Below are positions 62,468-64,000 of a stretch of 64,000 nucleotides of DNA, one piece after another (positions within the stretch are counted from its first letter, which is position 1; the number at the start of each line of letters is the position of its first letter). The position numbers were made by a program, and so were the translations under genes. The notes below the pieces were generated by a model. The model was given only the letters and a program-made list of their open reading frames with translations, had not been told where the DNA came from and searched no databases. The stretch spans positions 372,001 through 436,000 of the forward strand of contig OZ025650.1 of assembly GCA_964019335.1 (NCBI GenBank), given 5' to 3'. Source of the DNA: Diplonema japonicum. Lineage: Eukaryota > Protista > Euglenozoa: Diplonemea.

Positions 62468-64000
62468 TCATTTTCTTGCTTTTTTATGCCCTTTGATGTT
62501 AGACACATCGAAGAAGGACTCGCCAGCTGCCTGGCGGGAGGAGATGTGGTTAGTAAGGAGGTTGAGACCAGAGTTGTTGAATCCGTGGGTGTCGACCTTT
62601 GGGGTATTTTTTTTTTTTTTTTTTTTTTTCCCCCTTCCCATACCTGGTGTGCCAGGGCCTTGGACAACCTTTCACTGAGTTCAAGTGTAGTAGCTTTGAG
62701 GCTTGGGTTTGCCTGCAGTTCTTGCGAGAACTGTTTTATCAAGAACATCGCCACCTTCGCCACCGCCTCCACCCTGCAACATTTTTCCTTCAGCAAATCG
62801 ACACAGAAGGACAGCAGCCTTTTGCTATAGTCGACAGGCACACCTGACAACACGTACCTCATAGCGTGACCTTTGATGCCCTCTACTACCTTGCCTAGGT
62901 ACTGCAGTGGAGTCAGCGAGCCTAGAAGGGGGTGCTTTGTTTCCGCATTCACGCCGCCTTCTGTCCTCCTTTCGAGTTCTGCCATCGCAAGGTCCAGCGC
63001 CTCCACGAGGTCCTCGCTCCCTTTAAGATGCAACGCCGTACGCTGCCCTGCAACCCCCACCTCTGCGTCCGCCTTGTCAAGCGCTGCGTATGCCAGCGAC
63101 GCTGCTGCCTCCTTGTCGGCAGCCTGCTGTGCCTCCTTCTCGGCCTCCTCCTCTGGGAACAACAACCCTTCCGTTCTCACCCACGACCGCAGCGTTCTGT
63201 CACCGCCGTACGATATCAGTATCCCACCCTCTTTCGACAGCTCACACCCCCACACTGCCCCGTGGTGCCCCCTCAGCGTCTGGATATGCGTGAAGTGATC
63301 CGCATCCCAGCACTTTACTGTCCCGTCCTTACCTGCATGAGGTGCCTTCTTCTTGTTGCGCCATACCTGTCGTCCACAAATAATGAGTCCCACCAACGAA
63401 TTTAACGTCTGTCACATAGTCATCATGTGCATAGAGCGACTTGTGGCAGTCACCGAAGTCCAGTCCCCACAGCTTCACATTCTTGTCGATGGAGCCTGTC
63501 GCGATCAGCCTGTATAGTAATGTGATGGTGATGAAGGACATACCTTGAATCATCGCTGATGCTGAGGGAGGTGACGGGGTACTTGTGGCCGAAGAGGGAG
63601 AGGAAGAACTTGCAAGAGTCCGCGAAGTAGACTTTTACAGTGTTGTCTTGGAGGGCAGCTGCGAAGAATTTCTTGTCTTGAGAATATGTGATCGCTGTGA
63701 TGGCGTCCGTGAACTCCAAAGTCGAGGACTCGAACAAGGTGAGGTGTTTCTCCTTTGTCTCTTCTTGCTGCACTAGGTCGAAGGACCAGATTTTCATTTT
63801 CTTGTCTTTTCCACCAGAGGCAATACCCTTGCCGTCTGCACGGAGACACACTGCCTGCACTTCGCCTTCGTGAGCTTCGAAACTCTCGATCACCTCCGAG
63901 TTCGGGAGGTTGATGAGCTCCAAGGTGCCCTCCTTGGTGCCTGCCACGATGTGCTGGTCGCCCGGCAAGAAGGCAAGGCACACAGCTTCGGGGATGTCGA
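62468..64000 (-). CDS. UTP12: U3 snoRNA-associated protein 12 / WDR3 (3' part; 3 introns)
   Basis: LQDNTVKVYFADS.KFFLSLFGHK.PV, KNVKLWGLDFGDCHKSL.AHDD, C-terminal Utp12 domain. Confidence 0.93.
62597..62643 (-). other. Intron, 47 nt, poly(A) body
   Basis: GTATGG...A-run...CAAAG; restores DTHGFNNSGLNLL. Confidence 0.82.
63333..63366 (-). other. Intron, 34 nt
   Basis: GTATGG...TGCAG; restores WTTGKDG. Confidence 0.9.
63510..63543 (-). other. Intron, 34 nt
   Basis: GTATGT...TACAG; restores DDSRLIATGS. Confidence 0.9.

Noticed and set aside
6080-63298. Plus-strand ORFs overlapping real genes
   Set aside because: Antisense shadows of GC3-rich coding sequence with no recognisable domains
1-64000. 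Alternative genetic code or stop readthrough
   Set aside because: TAA, TAG and TGA all terminate genes, and interruptions are explained by GT-AG introns

Overview
Eukaryotic nuclear DNA, most likely a euglenozoan protist such as a diplonemid (inference, no taxonomic search possible). All 25 credible protein genes lie on the minus strand, some under 150 bp apart, which suggests polycistronic transcription with trans-splicing. They include a SIRT6/7-like sirtuin, tepsin, HDAC, aldo-keto reductase, cold-shock protein, myosin, a beta-helix protein, RNR small subunit, a Cys-rich surface protein, a VPS9 GEF, two JmjC proteins, three PLAC8 proteins, two RING ligases, RSPH9, EF-hand, TTL and UTP12. 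The main non-obvious feature is five reshuffled minus-strand snoRNA clusters (1-1151, 3033-4420, 28426-29100, 33907-34850, 36550-37630). They hold about 30 box C/D and single-hairpin AGA guide copies with antisense elements to conserved rRNA motifs, seven copies of a U31/snR67-like guide, and a ~280-nt multi-hairpin H/ACA candidate. Two paralogous orphan genes and the Cys-rich gene sit between these clusters. Thirteen 34-57 nt GTAT..AG introns, mostly A/C-rich and 3'-biased, were inferred. Many start codons follow poly(A) runs. A TIR element carries a nested, degenerate Crypton-like tyrosine-recombinase relic. rRNA targets were assigned from recalled yeast/human sequences, not from this organism's rRNA.
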